Assembly: GCF_004010195.1 (NCBI RefSeq)
Contig: NC_057747.1
Location: forward strand, 9,093,070 to 9,157,069
DNA: 64,000 bases
Direction: 5' to 3'
Source of the DNA: Chiloscyllium plagiosum
Taxonomy: Eukaryota
This document shows, piece by piece, positions 51,552 to 63,174 of the stretch. The first letter of the stretch is position 1. Every line of letters starts with the position of its first letter. The notes beneath the pieces are model-generated. The model did not search any database and was not told the DNA's origin. It was given only the letters and a program-made list of their open reading frames with translations. The position numbers were made by a program, and so were the translations under genes.

Positions 51552-52197
51552 ACAAGATGCACTGCTGAAATTCACCAAGCCTGCTTAAGCAGCATCTTCC
51601 AACTGATAACCACTACCATCTAGACAGACAATGGCAGAAGGGCATGTGAATACCATCTCCAAACCATACACCATCCTGACCTGGCATTATATCGCCATTC
51701 CTTCATAATTAGATCAGAGTCCTGGAACTCCCTCTCTAATAGGGTTATGATTAACCCTCCATAAAAGGTGGGGAGCAGAAGGAAAGATTAGGGAGAGGGT
51801 AGTGCATGAGGGAGATAACCTCGCACCACAGAAAGGGAGTGGAGACAATGCAGAGTAAGGATTAAGAGGTTAAAGAAGGTAGCTCTCAAGTGCAAATAGA
51901 AATGGGCAACAAATAGCAGCCCTGCCAGAGAGGCACACAACCTTCGAATGAATGAGAAAAATAACGTTTAGAAATATTTTGAATCTCATTGCTCAGCTGT
52001 TACAATGGATTGGTTTTTGCATTCAGTGGTAAAGCAATAGTGAAAACTGCTGATTCTGAAGATTTAGTGATTTCTGGTGTCCGGGGAAAAGGAACTGGAT
52101 TTCCCTTCTCCTGTTTGGCAATTTAATACTAGTATCAAGTCAAGAGTATTACCAGGTGACCACATCCATTGATGTCACCAAGTAGAGTGGTACGAGG

Positions 52198-52493
52198 AGT
52201 CATAGTTTGAAGATATTAGGAGAAAGGTATAAAGGAGACGTCAGAGGTAGGTTCTTTATACAGAGAGTTGTGAATGCATGGAGTGCATTGCCAGTTGTGA
52301 TGGTGGAAATAGGGTCATTGAGGACATTTAAGTGACTGCTGGACATGCACATGGATAGCAGTGAGTTGAGGGGTGCGAAGGTTAAGTTATTATATTTTAT
52401 ATTAGGATTAAACCTCGGCACAACAGCATGGACCAAAGGGCCTATTCTGTGCTGTACTTTTCTATTTCTATTTCTATGTCTATTTCTATGTCT
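52198..52493 (+). mobile_element. CR1-type LINE 3' end with short tandem tail
   Basis: ttctttatacagagagttgtgaatgcatgg (FFxQRVVNAW) followed by a repeated tctatt/tctatg tail. Confidence 0.75.
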
Positions 52494-53514
52494 AGAGTAA
52501 ACAAGCAACCAAACTGAAGTATATTCACCAACAGCAAACAAGGAAGTTAAAATAGAGAATCTGCCCACTTTTAATTTACTTCTTGTAGCATAATAATTGA
52601 TTATGATCGGATCAAGATGGAAAGTAAAATATCACAAGCACTTGAAAACAAATCAAAAAAGAACTGGCATGTTTTTATGATACAGAAATTCCACATTTTT
52701 TGCAGATAAAATTAGATTTTCAGAGCCTCTGAGGGTTCTTTAATCATGAACTGAGCGAACTGTTAAAAATGCAATTACATTGCATTGAGCAAGATGCAAC
52801 TTTTAAAGGAACAAAAACAGGAATTGCTGGAGAAACTCAGCAAGTTGGCAGCCTGTGTGGAGAAAAAGCAGAGGTAACATTTCAAGTCCAGTGATCCTTC
52901 TTCGGAACCCATAACCTTTAAAGCGTTTTCAGACCAGAGATAACAGCATAAGAGTGGAAGTTATCATACATTATCTAATTTCTTAGTAACGTTTGGAGAT
53001 GCCACAAAGGTGAAATCCTGCAGATCGTGGAAATCCAAACAAGTACAGAAAGTGCTGTAGAAACTCAGCAGGTCTGGCAGTATCTGTGGAGAAAGAAATA
53101 TTGGAACTGAAGTGATATGGAAAGTTGTTGGGTTTATAATGTGGGAAAAGGTGAGGAGCAGAAGGAAAAGTCAGGGAGAGGTTGGTACATGAGGGAAATT
53201 ACCTTGCACCATAGAAAGGGAGTGGAGACAATGCAGAGTAAAGATTAAGAGCAGAATTTTGGTCAGGTTGTTGATGAATTCTAGCCAGGCTGTTCAAATA
53301 GAAGCTAAGAGACATGGACTATCATTGTGCACAGAGTTTATTGACTATATGAGTTCAGAACCTTTCTCCCCAAGTCCCAACTATTTCTTCTGTACATATC
53401 TAGATATCAATTCATGGCTATCACATGATTTCATTCTAACCTAAATTACCTTTTACATTACAGTTCTGAAAACAAGATCATTAAACTGAGAGGAGTGGGT
53501 GATGTGAGTGACAG

Positions 53515-54100
53515 GGAAGGAAATATTCCTGTATCCCTGCTCACAATGCAGTCCCTTTTTTTGAAGAGACTGGGTAGATTGGGTAACCACTTTATGAAAC
53601 ATCTCCACTCTGTTTGCAAATGTGACCATAACCTTTGAGTTGCTTGTCATTTCAATACAAGATCCGCTGCAGTATTCCAGGAAAGCCCAATGCATGTTGG
53701 AGAAATTAGTATCTCACTTTTTGGGTACTTTACAGCCTTTTTAGACTTAACACTGAATTCAACTACAAAGCCTATCCACTATTTGGATTTCACTCCCCCC
53801 CGCTACATCCTCCAGTTTTGTTTTTTGGCAGGATGGATCTATAACCTACTGAATGGTTATGCTTTATCCCTTGTCCACAGCCAATGCCATTTTGTTTTGT
53901 GACATCTTTAATGGCTAATCTTCTTGGCTTTCTAATCTTTCTTTCAATTCCATTTACTACTCTATACCTTTACCCTCAGCGTAAAACCTATCACTTTTCC
54001 TTATTACTTCAGTTTTGAAGAAGTGATATTGGACTGAAAAGATTAACTGTTTCTTTCTCTCTGGATGCTGCCAGACCTGCTGAAGTTTTTCTGCACTCCA
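53515..54100 (+). mobile_element. Degraded Penelope-like element 3' end (GIY-YIG relic, 3' UTR, degenerate hammerhead terminal repeat)
   Basis: tgctcacaatgc (CSQC), gagactgggtagattgggtaaccactttatgaaacatctccactctgtt (resembling ET..RLG.RF.EHL.SV), gttgcttgtcatttcaat (VACHFN), gggtactttacagcct (GTLQP), then ttttgaagaag...actgaaaagattaac. Confidence 0.6.
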
Positions 54101-55396
54101 CTCTGCTCTTGGCTCAACAACACACTTTCTGGAGGAGTACAGAGTCAGTGACTGAAATCACTATGCCTTCCTACAGCTTTGGTATCATTTCAAGCATTAA
54201 ATGTGGGTCATCAATTATCGTATTTTTGTCATGCTTTATTTCATGAGTTCTATTGAAAGCTGAATGTCAGAGCATCTTGAAACATTCCTGTCATTTATGA
54301 GCCCAATACCTGTCAGTCATAGTCAGTGTTTTCCTTTTTGCCATTATGAATGGTGTAATTGTCTGTGTGCTCAAGTAGCTATAACATTAAAAGATATCAT
54401 TTGTTAGCAGTGCGGCTAAGTGGGAAAATATTTGTGCTATATAATGGATGATCAAGGCAAGTTACAGATCAGCCACAAATTTGTTGCTTACATCTACATA
54501 TCATTTAAGTATGAGCTGGGAACTTGTAAATGTGAACAGCACATATCCCTTGGTTAAAATATGAATTATAGTGTGTTTCTGAAGGAACAAGTAAAATGGT
54601 AAGTACTGACTCAGCACCATTTCCTATATTTGATTTTCTTTCTTTATTAGGAGTTCTTTTACATTCTGCCTATAAGATGAATCCAATATTGAATTAAATT
54701 TCATACAGAATTTGATTACAATGTAATTAAATAAAGCCTGGTTTTGGAGTTAGGCCTCACTTTGTCACTGAAATAAGTTGAGATTCTCTTTAGTCGCTGA
54801 CTTCACTTCGGTAAACTTTATGTCTTTTTTATCCTCACCTCTGAGTTACATCACAAACGGTGGTTTGAATGTGATGCACAAAGCAGGTTTACACAAACCC
54901 TAAATTTTTAATGTGAATGCACAGCAAAATTGCAAAGTTTAAATGCTGTCTAATCTTCAGTGTGTCACTTAACAGCCAATATTCTGGAATACTCCAAAGG
55001 GGATTGCGTAGCTTCCAATCTGCCCTTTATGATTTCTGGCCCAAAAGCAAAACTCAAATATTTGACTTTAACCCAGCTGGTTATGGTCAAAAAACAAAAA
55101 TAATGGTAAGTAGAAGAAATACATTATAAGAAACTACAACGACGTTGAAAAACACATTGAAAAAACTGCGGATGCTAGAACTCAGAAATAAAAACAGAAA
55201 TTGCTGTAAAAACTCAAGCAGGTCTGGAAGCATCTGTGGAGAGAAATCAGAGTTAATGTTTCAGGCCCCGTGACTCTTCTTCAGAATACTGGTACTGATA
55301 TAATGGTGCCACACTGGAACAAGTTGATATGTTTGCCTCTCTACAGCAAACGATAATAGTGGATGGAAGGTGCGAAGTAAGAGTTATCAGAAGGAT

Positions 55397-56131
55397 TGTT
55401 ATGAAGGTGTAGATGTGTACCGTACCTTTAAGAGAGAGTGAAAGCTGGCAAGGACTGACTGAAAGCATAGAGTATGCTGAACAATTAAAAAATGTAACAT
55501 TTGGTTGTGAAACAAACAGCTGGAGCTACTTTGCCATGGTACACAACAAATTCAAATTTGACCAATCAATTTAGATTATGCCCCAAGATACCAAAATCCA
55601 ATTGAATCTGAATTTTAATGTTTTGTATGACATCAAAACAATGAAATGGTCTGATGTTTTGGGGTATATAAAATTCGGGTATTTTGAACAGTTAGCCAGA
55701 ATGGCAAAAAGCACCTATGAAGATATGACCTGCGGAGCTTCTCTCAGAAAGGTATCATTTCATATGAAATTTGAAAAGCAGAAGATCGAAGAAAAGGTCA
55801 GGAAAGTACAGACAAAGATACCAAGTCAACAGCTGGCTGGTTTTGAAATTTGTTTTTTTTTGTAAACTTAATCGGGCAGGGGAGCGTTTATTGGATCACT
55901 ATATTGTTGTAGAGTCGGAGGTAGATAAATTGATCAAAGGAGGATTACTGTGTAGATAATTGTTTAACGTTCCTCTGTTTTTTGGAGTTAAAGAATAAAT
56001 TGTTAAAGTTTTTCTTTAAATAGAAGGATTTTTGTAGTTCTTGGTCACTTATATTTTAACAGATTATGAGGCGAGGTGAGCTTTTCTGTATGCATGGTTT
56101 AGATTAGCAGAAGGGTCTACCTTTCATAACA
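55397..56131 (+). mobile_element. Probable solo LTR (735 bp) in RBP3 intron 2
   Basis: Termini TGTTATGAA...TTCATAACA, with CCAAT (55562), TATATAAA (55665) and AATAAA (55994) in LTR order. The flanks aggat/gggac are only an imperfect TSD. Confidence 0.65.
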
Positions 56132-57029
56132 GGGACAAGATAGCCAGAGTAATTTTGTGAAGGTGAGAGGTGTGCTAACATCAAGAAAACTCAAGCCTGT
56201 AACAAGGAAAACCTCATAAGGTGCTCCATTCTATCCACTTCCCTGTATACCTGGACAATGGAAAATAAAGCTTCAACATTTCAAAGAAATCTTAACATCT
56301 ATTAAAAAATGTTATACTCAGACTGTAAAATAAATAAAGAAGTGCTGGAAATTGCAGAGGTAAAAAGAACTTTAAAAAGTGATATCCTGAAAAGATATTT
56401 GGGTCCTTTGGTGAGAGCTGAAAAGATCTCCTCTAGAGGGCAGCGTGGAGGGCAGCTGAAAGAGGCTTTGATCTAGGCGTGGATGGAGAATGTCATAGAG
56501 TGGTTGTAGAGCAGTGACAGTGGACGTGTGAGGATGTGGCACAACAGATGACTGTGACAAACTGTGACAGCAGGTCTCCAGGCAGGAGTGGCTACAATCT
56601 CTGGAGGGCTGTAGTGTGCATGCCTTTAATTAGTGCCACTAGGGGAGCCTGTATTTATCTGAGAGGTGGGTAGGGGATATCACAAAATCATGGAGTAATA
56701 TGCCACAGAGAGAGCACATTCTGACCATGTTGTCTGTGCCAGATCGTGGAAAGATCCCTCAAATTAGTACCAATGCTAATTCAACCTGGTTGGCTTGGGG
56801 TAAAGCCAGGTAGCAAGATGTCTTTGGTAGAGCAGATATGGCAGCAAGAGCTTTGATGGGTTTTGCAGTGTATTTGTTTTTTTGGATTATGCTTGGCACT
56901 TGATGTATCACGTCACAGAAGGGATTTGAACAAGGGGTCAGATTTTAAGTTCAGATTTTTTATTTCATGCTAAAATAAGGAGCAAGTTTATTACCGCAGA
57001 CCAAACCTGTGAATGGTTTGCTAAACTCT

Positions 57030-57266
57030 AAAAAGGACCTGAGGGGCAACTTTTTCACACAGAGGATGGCGCGTGAATGGAATGAGCTGCCAGAGGAAGT
57101 AGTGGAGGCTGGTACAATTACAACATTTAAAAGGCATCTGGATAGGAAGGGTTTAGAGGGATATGAGCTAAGTACTGGCAAATGGGACTAGATTAATTTA
57201 GGATATCTAGTTGGCATGGACGAGTTGGACCAAAGGGTCAGTTTCTGTGATGAACGACTCTACAAC
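57030..57266 (+). mobile_element. CR1 LINE 3' fragment
   Basis: KKDLRGNFFTQRMAREWNELPEEVVEAGTITTFKRHLD plus tail. Confidence 0.85.
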
Positions 57267-57273
57267 TAGTCAA

Positions 57274-57578
57274 GGAGCGGCATGGTGGCTCAGTGGTTAG
57301 CACTGCTGCCTCACAGCACCAGGGTCCCAGGTTCGATTTCAACCTTGGACGACTATCTCTGTTGAGTTTGCACATTCTCCCCGTGTCTGTGTGGGTTTCC
57401 TCCCACAGTCCAAAGATGTGCAGGCCAGGTGAATTGGCCATGCTAAATTGCCCATAGTGTTAGGCGCATTAGTCAGAGGGAAATGGGTCTGGGTGGGTTA
57501 CTGTTCGGAGGGTCAGTGTGGACTAGTTGGGCTGAAGGGCCAGTCTCCACACTGTAGGGAAGCTAATCTAATCTAATC
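57274..57578 (+). mobile_element. tRNA-derived V-SINE (HE1-like), full length
   Basis: tggctcagtggttagc...ggttcgatttc, V-domain and (aatct)n end. Confidence 0.88.
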
Positions 57579-57738
57579 AAGTGCTTAGCTGACTCTAAGA
57601 CAATGATAATGAGATGGTACCAAGCTGCAGAAAACCAGTAGTTCTGCACAACGATAGCATCTCTCAAGTAGTTCAAGGCAGTCAGACCACTGTGGCTCAG
57701 TGATGTTACCAGCCAGTCTCTCACACAATGCACATTAC

Positions 57739-57929
57739 CTAAGATCCACAATAAGTGCAGTAGTGTTTGCAATCTTATTCCAGACATGGTGCACCATGAG
57801 ATCTGACACCTGGCTGATGTGCTCCAGGTCACTGAACATGTCGAATCGGAGGTAGCCGACAGTGTTATCAAACACCTTTGTTTGGAAAGAAAATTTGATG
57901 AGGTCCTCAAACATCTCGGGGGGAGGAAT
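57739..57929 (-). CDS. RBP3: RBP3 exon 2 (191 bp)
   Basis: ttgccag|[63 protein letters not shown](R)|gtaatg. Confidence 0.95.
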
Positions 57930-58209
57930 CTGGCAAAGAGCAGAGTCACAATTAATACAAAATCCATTACTTTATTTTCTTCAATCACAGCATGTTTTAT
58001 TTCAGGATCTTATGCTGCTCAAAAAAGGGGTCTTGTGGTGCAGTGATAGTGTTCCTACCTGTAGACTAGAACATCTGTGTTGAAATTCCACCCTTCCCCA
58101 GAGGTTTGTGGCAACAGGATAATTAAACATTGCCTTTTTATGGGGGTCCTGTAGAGCAGTGGGAGTGTTGCTATCTCTAGATACGAAGGTTAGAGATTCA
58201 AGTCACCAT

Positions 58210-58372
58210 AGAATCATCATAGAATCCCTACAGTGTGGAAATAGGCCCAACAAGTCCACACAGACTCTCCGAAGAGTCCAACCCCATTCTCCAACCCTAT
58301 TAATTACATTTACCCATAACTAACATATCCCTGAACACTATGGACAATTTAGCATGGCGAATTTACCCAGCC
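58210..58372 (-). mobile_element. V-SINE 3' fragment in RBP3 intron 1
   Basis: acaatttagcatggc...ccctacagtgtggaa, the reverse complement of the SINE tail. Confidence 0.7.
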
Positions 58373-58445
58373 CTATCCCTACCTGCCCTATCAACATTAA
58401 AGTAGGATAACCGAGAACAGTTCCGAATTGTAGAGGTGAACCTAC

Positions 58446-61445
58446 CGGCATTGGCACCACTCCGGGAATGTGGTCCTTTCTGTTCTCCGGGATGTGCGCC
58501 ACCCTGAGGTGTTTGTCGCCGGAGAGCTGGTGAAGGTGCGCGGACAGTTTCAGAGCCAGCTCGACCTCAGAGTTGATGCCGCTGTACTGGTCCTGGCTGA
58601 GGAGGTGGGTGAGGTGCTCAGACACCGATGCCCCGCCTTCAGCTGAGGCGTAGTTGGCAGCCACCAGCTCCCCAGCCGTGCGGACAATCCCGGGGATTTT
58701 GGCACGGAGTCTGACAATGCCGAGGGCTACCTGCAGGGCTTCGTTGGCTTGGACGGGGACATGAGGCTCAGCCCCGGAGACACTCCAAACCTTGCCGGAG
58801 ACGCTGCTGAGTACCACCTGGTTGGGGATAGCCATGTAGAGGTCACTGTGTGCCATCCTGTAGGTGCCAATTGACAAGGCCCCGCCAATGGTTGGCTCCC
58901 CAATGACTGTCGCCCTCTTCAAATCCATCATGGCCCTGGTGAATGTCTCCGCTGCTGAGCCTGTGATGTGGCTGGTTAAGATGTAGATGTCCTTCTCGGG
59001 GGAATACCTTTGCCCCAAGACTTTGGGCATGGTCCATATCTGCGTACGGGTGGAGGAGGGCTGGTCGAACACTGTGTAGAGGTGATGCAGAGGCTGGGGC
59101 GCGAAGAAGTAAGAACACAGAATGGGGATGGCAGTGGAATAGCCGCCAACGTTGTACCTCATGTCAATGACCAGGCTCTCAGTGTCTACCAGCTTGTTCC
59201 ACACTTGCTCCAACAACTGAGGCCCAATGACCCTGATGGTGTCGGCCCCTGCCATGAGGTCAAAGCGCAGGTAGCCCACATTGCCAGACAGCACTTCCAC
59301 CTTGAACAGGGCACGGAGGATGCCACCCAGTTCTTCCGGCGACGGGATGCTCTCGGGTGCTTCCTCCGGGGGCTCGGGTGCCGACATGCTGCAGAACACT
59401 TGGAGCCGGTGATCGGCCGCTGCCTCCTTCAGATCACGGGTCAACTGCGAGGCCAGCGACTCATTGTCCACCACTGAGCGGTACCACCCTGCCAGCCACT
59501 TGGCGTGGAGCACAGAGCTGACCTGGGCTGCTACCTCTGGCATGGCATAGTGGGTATTGAGCAGGTTGGCCGCCTCCTCGACCAGCTCAAAGAGGTTGGC
59601 GTGGAAGGTCATCACCTCCTTGGTCTTCTCAAGAGCCTCCTCTGCTAACACAATGGCATCGGGCACCACACCACCACCCAGCCAATACTCGCCATTGTTA
59701 TCCAAGAAGTTGAGGAACGGGATGGTGATGACGAGGTTGGTTTCTCCAATTGGGAAGGACCGGGAGTGGTGCAGGGTCCCAGATGTGATCTCTCCAATCA
59801 CAGTGGCCCGTTTGAGGGACTGCATCAAGTAGGCAAACTCTTCAGCAGCAGAGGCAGTGCGGTGGCTGGTCAACACGTAGACACCCCTCTCCGAGCCATA
59901 GAGGCTCCCCTTCGGGGCTGGGAGTGTCGAGAACTCTTGGCTGGTGTTACTCAGCCGGTTATACACTGTATAGAAGAGGACGGGGGGGCCCTGTTCTTGG
60001 AAAGGGGACAGCAGCAGGGAAATGGCATCCGAAGGACCACCCGTGTTGAAGCGAAGGTCAACTATCATGGCACTGGTGTCCTTCAGGGGTACCCACACCT
60101 TGTCCTCCAGGTGCAGGCCGAGTAGAGGCATCAGGGCACCGCCTGGGAACTGGTCGAAACGCAGGTAACCAATGTTGCCTGGCAGGATGTCCACCCGGAA
60201 CATGGAGCCCAGTAGGTGTAAGAGGGAGCTGGCATCGCTCGCTAGGTCCACCGAAGGGCTAGGCGCCAGGGCTCGGGGTGGCACTGCACTCACCCTGATG
60301 GTCAACCTTGGGTCCTCACAGATGGCCTGCAGCTCACAGTTGAGCTTGGCTGCCAGGTCTTGCTCAGAAATCACTGCTGAGGCGGTCAGTTTGGAAATTC
60401 GGCGCACGAGGGAGGGGACGTGGTCCACAAAGGTGTAGTAGCTGCGCAGCAGATCGGATATCCTGGCAATCACACTGGGCACTGCCTTCCTGATGGCTAG
60501 GATTGAGGTGGCTTTCTCCAGTGCCCTATCAGCACTGACCAGCACCAATGGGAAAACCCCATTCACCTCCCAACTTTGGCCAGTGATGGGGCTGATGGAT
60601 CTTGAGAGGGGGACAGTGATGAAGAAATCTGAGGTGCCAATGCGGAACTTCCGGACATTGAGTGAGCCGCCCGCAGTCCTCTCGCCCACCAGAAGAGCCC
60701 GGTCCAAGTGCTTCAGAATGTAAGCCACATCCTCTGGCACCCCTCGGGTGTTGCTGCTGACCAGCACCAACAGGTCCTTGTCCTGGCTATACCGCTCCCC
60801 CAGGACACTGGGCAGTGTCCAGAGCTCCATGGTGGAATTGGAGGGCCGGTTGTAGACAGAGTCGATGTGGATTGGATTGCTAGCCTCACAGAAGTAGGAG
60901 ATGAGAAAGGGGACCCCAGAGATATTTCCACTTTCGCTGTATCTCAGGTCCAGGATGAGGGCGTCGGTGCTCACAATGTGGTCCCAAATGCTCTCCACCA
61001 AAACAGGGCCAAGCTCTTTGACCATCTCCGCCCCGATGATGTGGTCAATCCGCAAGTAGCCCACGTTGTTGTCCAAGATCTCAAACCTGACGGAGCTCTG
61101 CACCAGCTGGAGACGCATCTCGGGGCCGAGGGGAGGGAGGGGCACTGGGTCCTGGATGGAGGTGCCGGGCTCGTAGGAGATTCGCAACCGAGGGTCATTC
61201 AAAGCCCCCTGGACCCCCGCCGTCAACACCGCCGCCAGCGTGTGCGGCTCGCTCACATGTAGGATCTCCTCGCTCTGGTTGGCCTGCCGGATGGCCTCCT
61301 TCATACCTGCCAGGTTTTCCGGGAAGCAGTAATTTTCCAGCAAGACTTCAGCCATGTCCAACATCGTTGTGGATTGGAACATCTTAGCACTGGGCACCCA
61401 GCTCACAAGTATAACCATCAACCAAAGTCTTGACATTCCTGCCAT
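58446..61445 (-). CDS. RBP3: RBP3 / interphotoreceptor retinoid-binding protein, exon 1 (signal peptide, modules 1-3, start of module 4)
   Basis: 3000-nt open exon containing LLENYCFPENL, three GYLR(I/F)D...D(L/M)R S41-like modules and ...HIPGVVPMP|gtagg (phase 0). Confidence 0.97.
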
Positions 61446-61569
61446 GCTTCTTAATGAGCTGTTTCTCCCTACAAAACCAAAACATAAACACCCTGGTCTA
61501 TCGGTAATGGAGACTCAACGTTACCTTCCTTGCTGTCACTCTGAAATGAAAGGCAGGCAGCAAGGCAGT

Positions 61570-61635
61570 ACTAACGTCAAGAGACAGGATCAGCCAGATT
61601 ACATGTACTCAGTGGTGCTGAAAGTTTAATCTCCT
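61570..61635 (-). promoter_or_regulatory. Putative RBP3 proximal promoter with CRX/OTX-type sites
   Basis: On the gene strand: GATTAA (61626-61631), TAATCT (61596-61601) and a CRE-like TGACGTTA (61572-61579), all ~130-190 bp upstream of the ATG. K50 homeodomain sites are typical of photoreceptor promoters. Confidence 0.5.
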
Positions 61636-61964
61636 TAGGTGACCTGCCTAAGCAAAGCACTGTCTATAAATAATAAAACAAATATTCAAAATATAAAACA
61701 GAAAAGCTGCAGGATGCTGAAGATCTGAAACAGAAATTGCCGGAGAAACTCAGCAACTCTGGCAGCACTGTGGACAGAGAAACAGAGTTAACCTTCTGGG
61801 TCCAGTGACCCCTTTTCAAGGATCTCTTCCTCTCTCCACAATTGTTGCCAGACCTGCACTTCCTGTTTTTGTTTTAGATTTCCTGCTTTTGTTTTTTTTC
61901 TGGACAATCTGTATTGGGGTTGCTGACTGACCAAATTTATGAGTTAGGGGCTTAATTATTTAGG

Positions 61965-62210
61965 CCATAAGACATAGGAGCAGAAATTAGGCCATTCAGC
62001 CCATCTCTTTTGCCATTCAATCATGGCTGATGAGTTTCTCAATCCCATTCTCCCGCTTTCCCCCTGTACCCCTTGATCCCCTTGACAGTCAAGAACCTAT
62101 CCATCCCCGTCTTAAATATACCTAATGATCTAGCCTCCACAGCCTCCTGTGGCTGTGAATTCCACAGATTCACCACTCTCTGGTTGACAAGTTTCTCCTT
62201 ATCTCTGTAT
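61965..62210 (-). mobile_element. CR1-type LINE 3' fragment upstream of RBP3
   Basis: ccataagacataggagcagaaattaggccattcagccc...gaattccacagattcaccactctctgg, the reverse complement of the QRVVNLWN end. Confidence 0.7.
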
Positions 62211-63046
62211 TTGACATGAAATTCTCTTCAGCATTGGTGAATATTGATGCAAGTCCAGTGTGCACATTAGGGATCAATACATAACTGTTCACTTGGGGCC
62301 TTAGTTAACGACAGTGTAAAATGCACGAGTCTCCCATACAATACTGTTTTCACCTCGTGACCTCTCTTCAGCCTCTGTCCGCGTCATCCACGCAGATCCC
62401 AAATGTTCCCCAACGGTATTAGGTAAATGAAATCTGGCGTGACTCTAATCCTGAGCAAATAGGTGATTAACTTTTTAACACGGCCCAGCAACATATAGCT
62501 GTGTCTTCCTATCAGCTTCAGCCAATTGGAGGCGTTTGTGACACAACACCGCTGGCGCTCAAGCTATTGACCCCTTTAGCCCGGGTCAGTGTCACCACAG
62601 GGAGACACTTTGAGACTGAGCTCCGTTTGTAAACATTTCCTAACCCGTTCACACCTCTGGAGCAGGTTGGGACTTGAACTAGGCTCAGAGGTGATGACAC
62701 TACCACTGCACCACAACAGCCCTCCCAATTATTGTTCTATACGAAGCTTTCAACCGAAAAACATTAATCGACTATTGAGAGTCAATTGTTGGCATGACGC
62801 TGAGTAGGAATTCAGGCAAAATAATGGTTCTAAATGTACTTCAAAATTTGTTTTTTTTTAAAGAAAAGATTGCTTCTAGTTTTATTTCTTTTCATTGATT
62901 AGACGAGTCTACATTTAAAAACGGCTCCCGGAATGTGGGAGGTGATTGCAACAGGATTGAGATTGCAAACTAATTCATTCCCTCCCTCAGGAACTTGGAA
63001 ACGGATTTGGTGAGACTTAGTCCAAACAGGGGCAGGGTTCAGTTTA

Positions 63047-63174
63047 GGAGAAAGTGAGGACTGCAGATGCTGGAGATCAGAGCTGAAAAATGTGTTGCTG
63101 GAAAAGGGCAGCAGGTCAGGCAGCATCCAAGGAGCAGGAGAATCGACGTTTCGGGCATGAGCCCTACTTCAGGA
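63047..63174 (-). mobile_element. Short hammerhead-bearing Penelope-derived insertion
   Basis: Minus-strand CTGAAGT AGGGC TCAT GCCC GAAAC GTC (63145-63172). TSD agggttcagttta at 63034-63046 and 63175-63187. Confidence 0.78.

Noticed and set aside
58338-58445. C-terminal 35 aa of the 1035-aa ORF
   Set aside because: Read-through past the exon 1 donor into intron and SINE sequence. RBP3 continues in exons 2-4.
58843-61262. Multiple antisense and alternative-frame ORFs within RBP3 exon 1
   Set aside because: Expected shadows of a GC-rich coding exon.
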